From assembly GCA_963743915.1 (NCBI GenBank), contig CAVURN010000002.1, forward strand, positions 672,001 through 736,000: 64,000 nt of DNA, in the 5' to 3' direction. Shown here in pieces: positions 37,702 to 47,948 of the stretch. The position numbers were made by a program, and so were the translations under genes. Origin of the DNA: an uncultured Actinomycetota bacterium (GTDB lineage: Bacteria > Actinomycetota > Actinomycetes > JAHEKZ01). Positions within the stretch are counted from its first letter, which is position 1, and each line of letters begins with the position of its first letter. Under the pieces are notes generated by a model that saw only the letters and a program-made list of their open reading frames with translations, was not told the origin of the DNA and searched no databases.

Positions 37702-38768
37702 ATGATGGACCCTGTGGATCTCATGATCATCGACGCCGCCGGCAGCCCCCGCGAGCGGGGCCGTGCCCACGGCGAGCAGGCACGCGACCTCATCGCCACC
37801 GGGCTGGAGCAGTGGCGGGCCGAGCTGGCGGCGTCCGGCAGGGACGCCGACGAGCTGTGGAAGGGCCTCTCCCGCGTCTCGGGCTTCCGGGACGCGGCCG
37901 CGCGCTGGGCGCCGGACCTGCTGGAGGAGGTCGAGGGCATCGCCGAGGGTTCGGGCGCCGACCCCGACGCCGTTTTCGCGACCAACTGCCTCGACGAGGC
38001 CTGGTGGTGGCATGAGAAGGGTCCGGGCTGCAGCGCCGTGGCCCTCGCCGACCTCGACGGTCGCCCGGTGATCGGCCAGAACATGGACCTCGACACCTGG
38101 ATGGACGGCACGCAGGTGGCGCTGCGACTGGCTCCCGATGACGGGCCGGAGCAGGTGCTGCTCAGCCGCGCCGGCGTCCTCGGCCTGTGCGGTGCCAACG
38201 ACGCAGGCGTAGGGCTCGTCGTCAACGCGCTCGACCAGCTGCCGGTGGCGATGGACGGGCTGCCCGTCGCATTCGTGCTGCGGCTGCTGGTCGGCCAGAC
38301 CTCGCTCGATGACGTGGAGCCGCTGCTGCGCGAGATCCGCCATGCCTCGGGCCAGGCCTACACGCTGGCGTCCGCGAACGGGGTCGTCGGGTTTCGAGGC
38401 GGGGGGTGACTACGTCGCTTCCTACAGCCAACGACGCCGAGCGACCCGGTGCGCGATGGCACACGAACCACCCACTGGCGACCGACGCGCCCCGCGAGCA
38501 CGTCGGTGACCCACACGACTGGGCGACCGGGTCGTCCAAGCCACGGCTCGACCGCGTCGACGGAGCGGTCAAGGAGATCAGCTCGGCTGACGACCTGGCC
38601 GAGCTGCTGTCGGACTCTGACGCGGGCATCTGCATGTACCCGGGTCGCTGGCGCGACGACGGCTTCACCTTCGGGTCCCTGGTCGTCGAGATCGACGCTC
38701 CCCCACGCGTGCGCATGACGGCCGGCCCTCCGGACCGCTCTCCGTGGGTGGAGGTGCCGTTCCGCTGA
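37702..38768 (+). CDS. C45 family peptidase (frameshifts near 38392 and 38425)
   Basis: RGRAHG, GCS nucleophile, GQNMD, GANDAG, HASG; HTNH lies in a shifted frame. Confidence 0.8.
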
Positions 38769-38792
38769 CGCCACCGTCGGGCGAGGGTGCTG

Positions 38793-39629
38793 CTACAGCT
38801 CCTCGTTCGTCAGCGGATCGCCGCCCCAGAGTCGACCGTCGGGGCGACCCAGCGCCGTGATCGCGGCCATCTCTGCCTCGGTGAGCACGAAGTCGAAGAT
38901 GCCCGCGTTCTCCCGCTGGCGGTCGGGATGCGTCGCCTTGGGGATGGGGATGGCGCCCAGCTGGAGGTGCCACCGCAGCACCACCTGCGCCGGCGTCTTT
39001 CCGTGGCTTCGAGCCGGCTCGATGACGGCCGGGTGGCCGAACGCCTGGGCCTCGCCAAGAGGGGTCCAGCTCTCGGTCACGATGCCGAGATCTGCGTGCA
39101 CCTTGCGCAGCTCCTGCTGTGGGAAGTGGGGGTGCAGCTCGACCTGGTTCACCGCGGGAACGACGCCTGTCGCGTCGATGACGTCGTGCAGGTGCTGCTC
39201 GGTGAAGTTCGACACGCCGATCGACCGCACGCGCCCCTGGCGTTGCAGCTCCACCATGGCCCGCCACGTGGGCACGTATCCACCTCGACGCGGGTTCGGC
39301 CAGTGAATGAGGTAGAGGTCTACCCGCCCCAGCCGTTCCAGCGAGCCCTCGAACGAGCGCATGGTCTCTTCGTAGCCGTGATCGCGTCCCGGCACCTTGG
39401 TGGTCACGACGAGCGAGTCGACGAGACCGGCAGCATCCGCGACGGCGCGTCCGACCTCGTCCTCGTTGCGGTAGTTCACCGCTGAGTCGATCAGGCGGTA
39501 GCCGGCATCCAGGGCACTGGCGACCGACCGGGTCGCCTGGGGACCTCGCAGGTCCCACGTGCCGAAGCCCAGAGCGGGCAGTGTCGTTCCGTCGTTGAGG
39601 GCGAGATCGGGGAAGGTGGCGTCAGGCAC
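38793..39629 (-). CDS. Aldo/keto reductase (2,5-DKG reductase-like)
   Basis: GYRLIDSA..Y, TTK, DLYLIHWP, IGVSNF, IPK. Confidence 0.92.
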   Translation of the reverse strand: MPDATFPDLALNDGTTLPALGFGTWDLRGPQATRSVASALDAGYRLIDSAVNYRNEDEVGRAVADAAGLVDSLVVTTKVPGRDHGYEETMRSFEGSLERLGRVDLYLIHWPNPRRGGYVPTWRAMVELQRQGRVRSIGVSNFTEQHLHDVIDATGVVPAVNQVELHPHFPQQELRKVHADLGIVTESWTPLGEAQAFGHPAVIEPARSHGKTPAQVVLRWHLQLGAIPIPKATHPDRQRENAGIFDFVLTEAEMAAITALGRPDGRLWGGDPLTNEEL

Positions 39630-39703
39630 GGGGCGACCCTAGCGCCGGCACATGCGCGACAGGCTGTGGGACCGGCCACGTCCCCGGTCCCACAGCCACG
39701 AAG

Positions 39704-39853
39704 TCAGCTTGCGACACTGCTCTCGATGTTCCTCGCCGCTTCCTCAGGTGAGATCCCCGCCGCGTTTGCAGCGGCTTCCACCTGGGAGAGGGTGATGTGG
39801 GCACTGTCCCCGTGCTGCTCGTTGGGCTCTCCACATCCACATGACGCGCACAT
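39704..39853 (-). CDS. 49-aa Cys/His-rich small protein
   Basis: MCASCGCGEPNEQHGD; AAGGAGG RBS. Confidence 0.75.
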   Translation of the reverse strand: MCASCGCGEPNEQHGDSAHITLSQVEAAANAAGISPEEAARNIESSVAS

Positions 39854-39892
39854 ACGGCCCTCCTTCGCTCGGCTGTTCGGGCAACCCCGTGC

Positions 39893-39916
39893 TACCCGGG
39901 ACCGCGGCGGCGAAAC
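39893..39916 (-). promoter_or_regulatory. SigB/SigF-type promoter
   Basis: GTTT-N15-GGGTA ahead of the 49-aa protein. Confidence 0.65.
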
Positions 39917-39935
39917 CACCCCGGTGAACCACCTG

Positions 39936-40385
39936 CTAGTCGAGCCTGAGCAGGGCCACGTAGTGCGGGATGCTTTCAGCGACGAGGAACTCCTCGCCCA
40001 CGGTCGTGAAACCGTGACGCAGGTAGAACGGCAACGCCACCGTCCGGGCGTTGCACCACAGCAGGTGGACGTCCCGCGCCGTCAGCTCGGACTTCACGCG
40101 CTCCATCACCTTGGCGCCGATGCCGCGACCCTGATGCCCCTCGGCGACTGCCATGCCCCGCAGCCGCCACGCGTCCGGCTCCCCCTCGTAGGGCTCGGGG
40201 AACACGGTCGCGCAACCGACGACCTGGTCGCCCACAACCGCGGCGAGGTGGAGAGTCTCGGGAAGTTGGTCGTAGGGGTAGATCGACTCCGGAGCCGGAC
40301 GCCCTGCCCGCAGCACCCTCATGCGCAGCGGACGCACCTCGGCTGCCGAGGCGAGCCGCACCTCGACTTCCTGAGCTTCCGTCAT
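39936..40385 (-). CDS. GNAT N-acetyltransferase
   Basis: LRGMAV..HQGRGIG, WCNAR, FYLRHGF. Confidence 0.88.
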   Translation of the reverse strand: MTEAQEVEVRLASAAEVRPLRMRVLRAGRPAPESIYPYDQLPETLHLAAVVGDQVVGCATVFPEPYEGEPDAWRLRGMAVAEGHQGRGIGAKVMERVKSELTARDVHLLWCNARTVALPFYLRHGFTTVGEEFLVAESIPHYVALLRLD

Positions 40386-41617
40386 CAGGTGTTCAGCCGC
40401 CCGTACAGGTTGAGCGCCGCGGTGTCGGTCAGCGACGCCACCTGGTCGATCACCACCCGGAGCCGTCCCGCGTCCTCCGCTGCGGCCTCGAACCATTGGG
40501 CGAACATCGGCTCGAGGGTCTGGGGCGCGCCCAGCAGCACGCGGTGGGTGAGCTCGGTGACCAGCTCGCGTTGCTGTGCGTACCGTTCTGGCGCTCCCCT
40601 GCGCAGCATCACGTACTGCGCAGTGATCGCCTTGAGGACCGCACACTCGGCGCGCACCTCCGCGGGCACGACGAGGTCTGCCTCGTAGCGACGGTGCGGG
40701 CCGGCCCCGTAGGCGTCCTGTGTGGCCGTCTCCGCGGCCAGGCAGAACCGACCGATCAGCTGACTGGTGGTGCGCTTCAGCGCCGCCATCGCTCGGTGTG
40801 ACTCGTCGTACTGATGCGGCCAGTACGGCAGCGCGAGGAGCCGATCGAGTGCCGCCTCCAGCTGGGACCAGTCGAACGACGGTGCGTAGCGCTCCTGCGT
40901 GAGGTCGAGCAGAGCCTTGCGCTCGACCCGGTCGTGCAAGGCGTCGAGAGTGAGGTGACCGGCGTGGATGGCGTCCTCGAAGTCGTGCACCGAGTAGGCG
41001 ATGTCGTCGGCCCAGTCCATCACCTGTGCCTCGAAGCAGCGTCGGTCGTCCGGCGCACCCTCGCGCAGCCAGTCGAAGACGGCGAGGTCGTCGGCGTAGA
41101 CGCCGTACTTGCGTCGATCCGCCGAGCGTTGCCACGGGTACTTGGTAGCGGCGTCGAGGGCGGCACGCGTGAGGTTGAGTCCACCACTGCGGCCGTCGGC
41201 ATCCAGGACCTTGGTCTCGAGCCGGGTCAGGATCCGCAGACTCTGTGCGTTGCCCTCGAATCCCCCGCATGCCTGGGCGACCTCATCGAGCGCCTGCTCG
41301 CCGTTGTGTCCGAACGGGGGGTGACCGAGGTCGTGGGCCAGCCCGGCGGTCTCGACCAGGTCGGGATCGCACCCCAGCGCCTGGCCGAGCTCGCGTCCGA
41401 TCTGAGCGACTTCCAGTGAGTGTGTGAGCCGGGTGCGGGGAAAGTCGCTCTCCCACGGGACGACGACCTGCGTCTTCGCCGCCAACCGGCGGAGCGACCA
41501 CGAGTGGAGGACGCGCGCACGGTCACGGGCGAAGGCATGGCGACGGCTGCTCTTCTCACCCTCGGGGACACGTCGCTGCAGCGCGTGCGCGTCGTACCCC
41601 ACCACCTCTTCGCTCAC
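40385..41617 (-). CDS. dgt: dGTP triphosphohydrolase
   Basis: [32 protein letters not shown]. Confidence 0.95.
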   Translation of the reverse strand: MSEEVVGYDAHALQRRVPEGEKSSRRHAFARDRARVLHSWSLRRLAAKTQVVVPWESDFPRTRLTHSLEVAQIGRELGQALGCDPDLVETAGLAHDLGHPPFGHNGEQALDEVAQACGGFEGNAQSLRILTRLETKVLDADGRSGGLNLTRAALDAATKYPWQRSADRRKYGVYADDLAVFDWLREGAPDDRRCFEAQVMDWADDIAYSVHDFEDAIHAGHLTLDALHDRVERKALLDLTQERYAPSFDWSQLEAALDRLLALPYWPHQYDESHRAMAALKRTTSQLIGRFCLAAETATQDAYGAGPHRRYEADLVVPAEVRAECAVLKAITAQYVMLRRGAPERYAQQRELVTELTHRVLLGAPQTLEPMFAQWFEAAAEDAGRLRVVIDQVASLTDTAALNLYGRLNT

Positions 41618-41642
41618 CCCGCGAGGCTACGCGACGCGTCCG

Positions 41643-44333
41643 TCAACGGGTGTCGCTGGCGTCCACCTTCACTGCCGCACGTCCAGCCTCGAGTCGGGCG
41701 ATCGGCACCCGGAACGGCGAGCAGGAGACGTAGTCCAGCCCCCACTGGTGGAAGTAGTGGATCGACTCAGGGTCTCCGCCATGCTCGCCGCAGACCCCGA
41801 GGCTGATGTCCGGACGGGTCTTGCGCCCTGCTGCCACCGCCATCTGGATGAGAGCGCCGACCCCGTCGACGTCGATCGTCTCGAACGGGGACACGGCGAA
41901 GATGCTGGCATTGAGGTAGTCGGTGAAGAACGCACCTTCGACGTCGTCCCGGCTGAAGCCCCACGTCGTCTGGGTCAGGTCGTTGCTGCCGAACGAGAAG
42001 AAGTCGGCCACCTCGGCGAGCTCACCGGCGCGTACCGCCGCTCGAGGAAGCTCGATCATCGTGCCGATCGGGATGGGCCGGTCCAGTCCCCGCTCGGTGG
42101 CCACGGCCGCGATCACGCGCTCCGCCTCGTCGCGGACCAGGTGCAGCTCGGCTCGCGTCGCCACCAGCGGAACCATGACCTCTGGTCGCGGGTCACCGCC
42201 CGCAGCGAGACGATCCGCCGCCGCTTCGGCCAGGGCGCGCACCTGCAGTCCGTACAGACCGGGAAGCACCAGACCTAGCCGCACCCCGCGCATACCCATC
42301 ATCGGGTTCGCCTCGTGCATCGTGCGCACAGCCTCGAGCAGCTTGTGGTGCTCACTGTCGCGGTTGCCCCGGATGTCCTCGAGCGCCACCTTTACCGAAA
42401 GCTCGGTGATGTCCGGGAGGAACTCGTGCAGCGGCGGGTCGAGCAGCCGCACGATCACCGGCAGCCCGTCCATCTCGCGGAGCAGGTCGGTGAAGTCCTG
42501 GCGCTGCAACGGCAGCAGCTCCTCGTACACGAGGGCACGTTCGGCGTCAGACTTGGCCAGCACCAGCCGCACCACCAGCTGCTTGCGCTCGCCGAGGAAC
42601 ATGTGCTCGGTGCGCGCCAGCCCGATTCCGGACGCCCCCATGCGTCGCGCCCGGGCAGCGTCCTCACCTGTGTCAGCGTTGGCGCGGACGCCGAGTGAGC
42701 GTCGCGTGTCTGCGTGCTCGATGATGCGCGCGACGGCGACGACCACGGGGTCGCTCGAGGTGCGCGCGTCGACAGGGCGCTCCATCGCCGTCATCACGGG
42801 CGAGTCAGCAACAGCCACCTCACCGCGGTAGAGCCCACCGGACAAGCCGTCCAGCGAGATCGGGTCGCCCTCCTTGAGGACGTTGCCGTCGGGGTCGGTG
42901 GCCGTCCGCGCGTCCTCGTCGACGGTCAGGTTCTCGACGCCCACCACGCAGGGCTTGCCCATCCCGCGCGCCACGACCGCGGCGTGCGACGTCTTGCCGC
43001 CACGACTCGTGACGATTCCTTGGGCCGCGATCATGCCGCCGAGGTCGTCGGGGTTCGTCTCACGCCGGACGAGCACGACCTTGTCCCCCGCCGCTGCCCG
43101 CACCGCCGCACGCTTGGAGTCGAACACGGCGCGTCCGACCGCCGCACCCGGTGACGCGGGAACACCTGTCATCCAGGGGTCTCCCGCGACCTCGACGTCG
43201 ACCTGCGGGAACATCAGGCGGGCAAGCTGCGCACCGGACACCCGGGTGAGAGCCTCGTCGAGGTCGATCAGCCCCTCGTCGACCAGCTGAACGGCGATCC
43301 GGAACGCCGCCTCCGGTGTGCGCTTGCCCACCCGCGTCTGCAGCATCCAGAGCTTGCCCTGCTCGATCGTGAACTCGATGTCGCACAGGTCGCGGTAGTG
43401 CTGCTCCAGGCGCCCCATGATGTCGAGCAGCTCGGCGTGCTGGTGGGCGTGACGCGCCGCCAGGTCGTCGAGCGTCATGGTGTTTCGGATGCCCGCAACG
43501 ACGTCCTCGCCCTGCGCGTTCGGCAGGTAGTCGCCGTAGGCGCCAGGTGCGCCCGAGGCCGGGTCCCGGGTGAAGGCGACGCCGGTTCCGCTGTCCTCCC
43601 CGCGGTTGCCGAAGACCATCGCCATGACGTTGACGGCGGTCCCGAGGTCGTCGTCGATGCGCTCCTGACGTCGGTACAGCCGGGCCCGCTCGCCGTCCCA
43701 CGATCGGAACACAGCCAGGACAGCTGCGTCGAGCTGCGCGAACGGGTCCTGCGGGAACGGGTTGCCCGTGACCTCGGCGATGACCTCCTCGTACCGCTTC
43801 ACGATGTCGCGCAGCGCCTGGGGCGACAGATCTGTGTCACGGACGACGGCTGCGTCGTTCTTGGCATCCTCCAGGACGCTGTCGAAACGGGACGCGGGGA
43901 CGTCGAGCACGGTGCGACCGAACATCTGCAGCAGGCGCCGGTACGAGTCCCACGCGAACCGCTCGTCGCCGGTCTCGGCCGCGAGCGCCTCGACCGTCTG
44001 GTCGTTGAGCCCGATGTTGAGGACGGTCTCCATCATTCCTGGCATCGAGAACTTCGCGCCCGAACGCACGGACACCAGCAGGGGGGCGGCCGGGTCGCCG
44101 AGTCGCCGCCCCATCGCCTGCTCGACGGTGGCCAAGTGCTGGCGCACCTCCTGGGGCAGTCCCTCCGGCTCCGCGCCGGCAGCACGATACGCGCGGCAGG
44201 CGTCCGTCGTGATCGTGAACCCCGGGGGCACGGGGAGCCCCAGGGACGTCATCTCCGCAAGGTTGGCGCCCTTGCCGCCCAGCAGGTCCTTGTCGTCCTT
44301 GCTGCCTTCGGCGAACGCGTAGACATAGCGCAT
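41643..44333 (-). CDS. ppdK: Pyruvate, phosphate dikinase
   Basis: LGGKGANL, SMPGMM, TSHAAVVARG, RTEHMF, CGEHGG. Confidence 0.97.
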   Translation of the reverse strand: MRYVYAFAEGSKDDKDLLGGKGANLAEMTSLGLPVPPGFTITTDACRAYRAAGAEPEGLPQEVRQHLATVEQAMGRRLGDPAAPLLVSVRSGAKFSMPGMMETVLNIGLNDQTVEALAAETGDERFAWDSYRRLLQMFGRTVLDVPASRFDSVLEDAKNDAAVVRDTDLSPQALRDIVKRYEEVIAEVTGNPFPQDPFAQLDAAVLAVFRSWDGERARLYRRQERIDDDLGTAVNVMAMVFGNRGEDSGTGVAFTRDPASGAPGAYGDYLPNAQGEDVVAGIRNTMTLDDLAARHAHQHAELLDIMGRLEQHYRDLCDIEFTIEQGKLWMLQTRVGKRTPEAAFRIAVQLVDEGLIDLDEALTRVSGAQLARLMFPQVDVEVAGDPWMTGVPASPGAAVGRAVFDSKRAAVRAAAGDKVVLVRRETNPDDLGGMIAAQGIVTSRGGKTSHAAVVARGMGKPCVVGVENLTVDEDARTATDPDGNVLKEGDPISLDGLSGGLYRGEVAVADSPVMTAMERPVDARTSSDPVVVAVARIIEHADTRRSLGVRANADTGEDAARARRMGASGIGLARTEHMFLGERKQLVVRLVLAKSDAERALVYEELLPLQRQDFTDLLREMDGLPVIVRLLDPPLHEFLPDITELSVKVALEDIRGNRDSEHHKLLEAVRTMHEANPMMGMRGVRLGLVLPGLYGLQVRALAEAAADRLAAGGDPRPEVMVPLVATRAELHLVRDEAERVIAAVATERGLDRPIPIGTMIELPRAAVRAGELAEVADFFSFGSNDLTQTTWGFSRDDVEGAFFTDYLNASIFAVSPFETIDVDGVGALIQMAVAAGRKTRPDISLGVCGEHGGDPESIHYFHQWGLDYVSCSPFRVPIARLEAGRAAVKVDASDTR

Positions 44334-44356
44334 GAGGACCTCCTTGGGCCACGCAG

Positions 44357-44372
44357 GTGACCCCACGGTAAC
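44357..44372. promoter_or_regulatory. GTNAC-N6-GTNAC candidate operator upstream of ppdK
   Basis: GTGAC-CCCACG-GTAAC. Confidence 0.3.
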
Positions 44373-44548
44373 CGCCCACAGGGGCCGGCCGGAGGGGCTG
44401 AAAGACCTATGCCCACAGTGGGCTGGGCCACACTCCAAGCAGTCCGTCCTCAGTGGCTCTGGACGAGGCCGGTCGGCCATGAACTCGCGCTAGGTTGGGG
44501 TGCAAACCACCCGCCGGGAGGCGGCCGTCGTCGACCCGTGGAGGGGCG

Positions 44549-45223
44549 ATGGACGAAGACCTCGTCGAACACGTCCGACTGGCCATCTACCGCGAGTTCG
44601 CTCGCACCGGTCACGCGCCCGACCCCATCCACATCGCAGCACTGGCAGACGTCGATCCGGCTGAGCTCTCCGAGGCGCTCGCAAGGCTTGCGGCGATGCG
44701 TCACCTCGCACTCGATGCGAACGGCAGCATCGTCATGGCTCACCCGTTCACCTCCCTCAACCTCGGGTTCTCCGTCATGGGAAGGGATCGGCTGTGGTGG
44801 GGAGGCTGCGCGTGGGACAGCTTCGCCATCCCGAACCTCGTTGCGGACGAGCCACGTGTCCTGGTCGCGACGGCCTGCCCAGGTTGTGACAGACCACTGG
44901 CATGGCATGTCTCCAACACCGGGCCGCCCACCGGTGAAGAGGTTGCCCATTTCCTGGTGCCCATGAGTCATGTCTGGGATGACGTCGTCCAGACGTGCAG
45001 AAACCAACGTCTCTTCTGCACTGAGGGATGCGTCGATTCCTGGCTCACCGCCACGGGCCGGAGCAAGGGCTATGTCATGGACCTTTCGACGCTCTGGCGT
45101 CTCGCTCAGGACTGGTACACGGGTCGGTTGGAGAGCCCGTACGTCCGGCGCGATCCAGAAGCCGCCAAGGAGTACTTCCGCTCCGTCGGGCTCCGGGGGT
45201 CCTTCTGGGGTATCGATCCTTGA
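44549..45223 (+). CDS. Organomercurial lyase MerB-like protein
   Basis: N-terminal HTH, MAHPF, CAWD (MerB CxxD), CPGC, TC…FC. Confidence 0.8.
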   Translation: MDEDLVEHVRLAIYREFARTGHAPDPIHIAALADVDPAELSEALARLAAMRHLALDANGSIVMAHPFTSLNLGFSVMGRDRLWWGGCAWDSFAIPNLVADEPRVLVATACPGCDRPLAWHVSNTGPPTGEEVAHFLVPMSHVWDDVVQTCRNQRLFCTEGCVDSWLTATGRSKGYVMDLSTLWRLAQDWYTGRLESPYVRRDPEAAKEYFRSVGLRGSFWGIDP

Positions 45224-45249
45224 GCTGGTCCTTCGCGCCCGTCCGGCCG

Positions 45250-46398
45250 CTATCCGCCGCTCACGTCGAGCTCGGCGTCGGCACCGAGGACGTCGCACCG
45301 CTGGTCGTCCAGCCAGCCCTCCGGCAGCACCACCCGACGCGGCGAGCCCTGTCGCCCCCGCGGGACGCCGAGCTCGGACTCGGGGAAGGACTGGTCCGCA
45401 TCGATCTGCAGCAGCAGTGCGTCGAGCTCGGCAAGCGATGAGACCAGGCCCAGTGCGGTCCGCGTCTCGCTGCCGACGACGAACCCCTTCAGGTACCAGG
45501 CCATGTGCTTGCGCAGGTCGGCCAGACCGCGGGGCTCGCCCATCAGCTCGGCCAGCAGCTCACCGTGCCGGCGCAGCACCCGGAGCACTTCCCCGAGGTT
45601 CGGAGGTTCGGGCACGGGTTGACCGGTGAAGGCAGCGGCGAGATCGCGGAAGAGCCACGGTCGTCCCAGGCAACCGCGACCGACCACCACACCGTCGCAG
45701 CCGGTCTCGTCCATCATCCGCACCGCGTCGGTGGCCTCCCAGATGTCTCCGTTGCCGAGCACCGGAATGCCCACGCTCTGCTTCAACGTGGCGATCGTCG
45801 ACCAGTCAGCCTCACCGGAGTAGTGCTGGTCGGCGGTGCGTCCGTGCAAGGCGATGGCCGCGCAACCGACGTCCTCAGCGATGCGTCCGGCGTCCAGGTA
45901 GGTGAGGTGCTGCGGGTCGATCCCCAGCCGTGTCTTGATCGTGACCGGGACGCCGTAAGGATCGGCGGCACGTACCGCTTCGGTCAGAATGGCGCGCAGC
46001 AGGTCACGTTTCCAGGGCAGCGCGGCGCCACCGCCCTTGCGGGTGATCTTGGGCACCGGACAGCCGAAGTTGAAGTCGACGTGGTGCACACCGAACTCCC
46101 CGACCAGGATGCGCACGGCCTCGCCGACGTAGCGGGGGTCGACGCCGTAGAGCTGGACCGAGCGGGTGGTCTCCATCGGGTCGAAGGTGAGCATCGACAG
46201 CGTCTTGGCCTGCCGCTCCACCAACCCACGGCTGGTGATCATCTCGCACACGTAGAGGCCGGCGCCCTGCTCAGCAGCGAGCCGGCGGAAGGCCGCGTTC
46301 GTGATCCCCGCCATCGGCGCCAGCACCACTGGCACCGGCAGCTCGACCGACCCGATCTGCAAGCCCTTCACGCCGGACGCCGGCTCGTCATGAGTCAC
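45250..46398 (-). CDS. dusB: tRNA dihydrouridine synthase B
   Basis: LAPMAG, NFGCP, HGRT, GNGD, GRG; start uncertain. Confidence 0.93.
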   Translation of the reverse strand: MTHDEPASGVKGLQIGSVELPVPVVLAPMAGITNAAFRRLAAEQGAGLYVCEMITSRGLVERQAKTLSMLTFDPMETTRSVQLYGVDPRYVGEAVRILVGEFGVHHVDFNFGCPVPKITRKGGGAALPWKRDLLRAILTEAVRAADPYGVPVTIKTRLGIDPQHLTYLDAGRIAEDVGCAAIALHGRTADQHYSGEADWSTIATLKQSVGIPVLGNGDIWEATDAVRMMDETGCDGVVVGRGCLGRPWLFRDLAAAFTGQPVPEPPNLGEVLRVLRRHGELLAELMGEPRGLADLRKHMAWYLKGFVVGSETRTALGLVSSLAELDALLLQIDADQSFPESELGVPRGRQGSPRRVVLPEGWLDDQRCDVLGADAELDVSGG

Positions 46399-46509
46399 TC
46401 TCCAGGGCAGGGACCCCTGCATTGGAGGATCGCGTGCGGTTTCGTCGGCTCATCCGGTCAGGAACCGCAAGGAATCCGCCACTGCCCGTTGGGGCTCCCA
46501 CGCGTGGCC

Positions 46510-47889
46510 TCAGTAGGCCGGGAGGTGGGGCGTGAGGTACTCGACGAGAGCGTCGATGCCGATGCGCTCCTGCTTCATGGTGTCGCGCTCGCGCACGGTT
46601 ACGGCCTGGTCCTCCAACGAGTCGAAATCGACGGTGACGCAGTACGGCGTGCCGATCTCGTCCTGCCGGCGGTAGCGGCGTCCGATGGCTCCTGCGTCGT
46701 CAAAATCCACGTTCCAGCGCTTGCGCAGAGCCGACGCGACATCGCGCGCCTTCGGCGACAGGTCGGTGTTGCGGGAGAGCGGAAGCACCGCGACCTTCAC
46801 CGGCGCCAGGCGCGCGTCCAGCCGCAGCACCGTGCGCTTGTCGACGCCCCCCTTGGCATTGGGCGCCTCGTCCTCGGCGTACGCGTCGAGGAGGAACGCG
46901 AGCATGGCCCGGTTGACGCCGGCCGCCGGCTCGATGACGTACGGGTACCAGCGCTCTTCGGACTCCTGGTCGAAGAACGAGAGGTCCTGCCCGGACGCCT
47001 CGGCGTGGGCCTTGAGGTCGTAGTCGGTGCGGTTCGCGATGCCCTCCAGCTCACTGAACTCCTGACCGCCGACCCGGAAGCGGTACTCGATGTCGACGGT
47101 CCGCTTCGCATAGTGCGACAGCTTGGCTTCTGGGTGCTCGAAGATCCGCAGGTTGTCCGGATCGATGCCGAGGTCGGTGTACCAGGCCATTCGGGCGTCG
47201 ATCCACCGCTGATGCCATTCCTCGTCGGTGCCGGGCCGCACGAAGTACTCCAGCTCCATCTGCTCGAACTCTCGCGTGCGGAAGATGAAGTTGCCCGGCG
47301 TGATCTCGTTGCGGAAGGACTTGCCGATGTTGGCGATGCCGAACGGTACCTTGCGTCGCGACACCTGTTGCACCTGGGCGAAGGAGATGAACAGGCCCTG
47401 CGCCGTCTCGGGCCGCAGGTAGGTGGTCCCGGAGCCGTCGTCGACCGGGCCGAGGTGCGTCTTCAGCAGACCGTTGAAGAGCCGGGGCTCGGTGAACTGG
47501 CCCTTGTTCCCGCAGTTGGGGCAGTTCACCTCGGCGAGCGACTCCGGCAGACGCTTGTGCTTGGCCTCGAAAGCCTCCTCGAGATGGTCGGCCCTGAACC
47601 GCTTGTGGCACGAGGTGCACTCGGTCAGCGGGTCCACGAAGGCGGTCACGTGACCTGACGCCTGCCACACCTCAGGCGCAAGGATCACCGAGGTGTCCAC
47701 GCCGACGACGTCGTCGCGCTCGCGCACGGTCGACTGCCACCACTGGCGCTTGACGTTCTCCTTCAGCTCGACGCCGAGGGGACCGTAGTCCCACGCCGAA
47801 CGCTGACCGCCGTAGATCTCCGAGCTCGGGTACACGAACCCGCGGCGCTTGCTCAAGGAGACGACGCTGTCGAAGAGGTCGGCGGCCAC
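46510..47889 (-). CDS. glyQS: Glycine--tRNA ligase (homodimeric type)
   Basis: [26 protein letters not shown]. Confidence 0.97.
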   Translation of the reverse strand: MAADLFDSVVSLSKRRGFVYPSSEIYGGQRSAWDYGPLGVELKENVKRQWWQSTVRERDDVVGVDTSVILAPEVWQASGHVTAFVDPLTECTSCHKRFRADHLEEAFEAKHKRLPESLAEVNCPNCGNKGQFTEPRLFNGLLKTHLGPVDDGSGTTYLRPETAQGLFISFAQVQQVSRRKVPFGIANIGKSFRNEITPGNFIFRTREFEQMELEYFVRPGTDEEWHQRWIDARMAWYTDLGIDPDNLRIFEHPEAKLSHYAKRTVDIEYRFRVGGQEFSELEGIANRTDYDLKAHAEASGQDLSFFDQESEERWYPYVIEPAAGVNRAMLAFLLDAYAEDEAPNAKGGVDKRTVLRLDARLAPVKVAVLPLSRNTDLSPKARDVASALRKRWNVDFDDAGAIGRRYRRQDEIGTPYCVTVDFDSLEDQAVTVRERDTMKQERIGIDALVEYLTPHLPAY

Positions 47890-47948
47890 GGGGTTTCCTG
47901 CTCTCTGGGTCAGTCCATCCGGCTGGCGGTCGGCGGTGAGCCCCCAGG

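Noticed and set aside
45505-47658. Long antisense ORFs (e.g. 45505..47658, 12327..13958, 54236..55729, 9660..11072)
   Set aside because: Shadow frames of real high-GC genes, with no recognisable motifs.
47890-47948. T-box riboswitch upstream of glyQS
   Set aside because: The intergenic space is under 60 nt and has no T-box motif.
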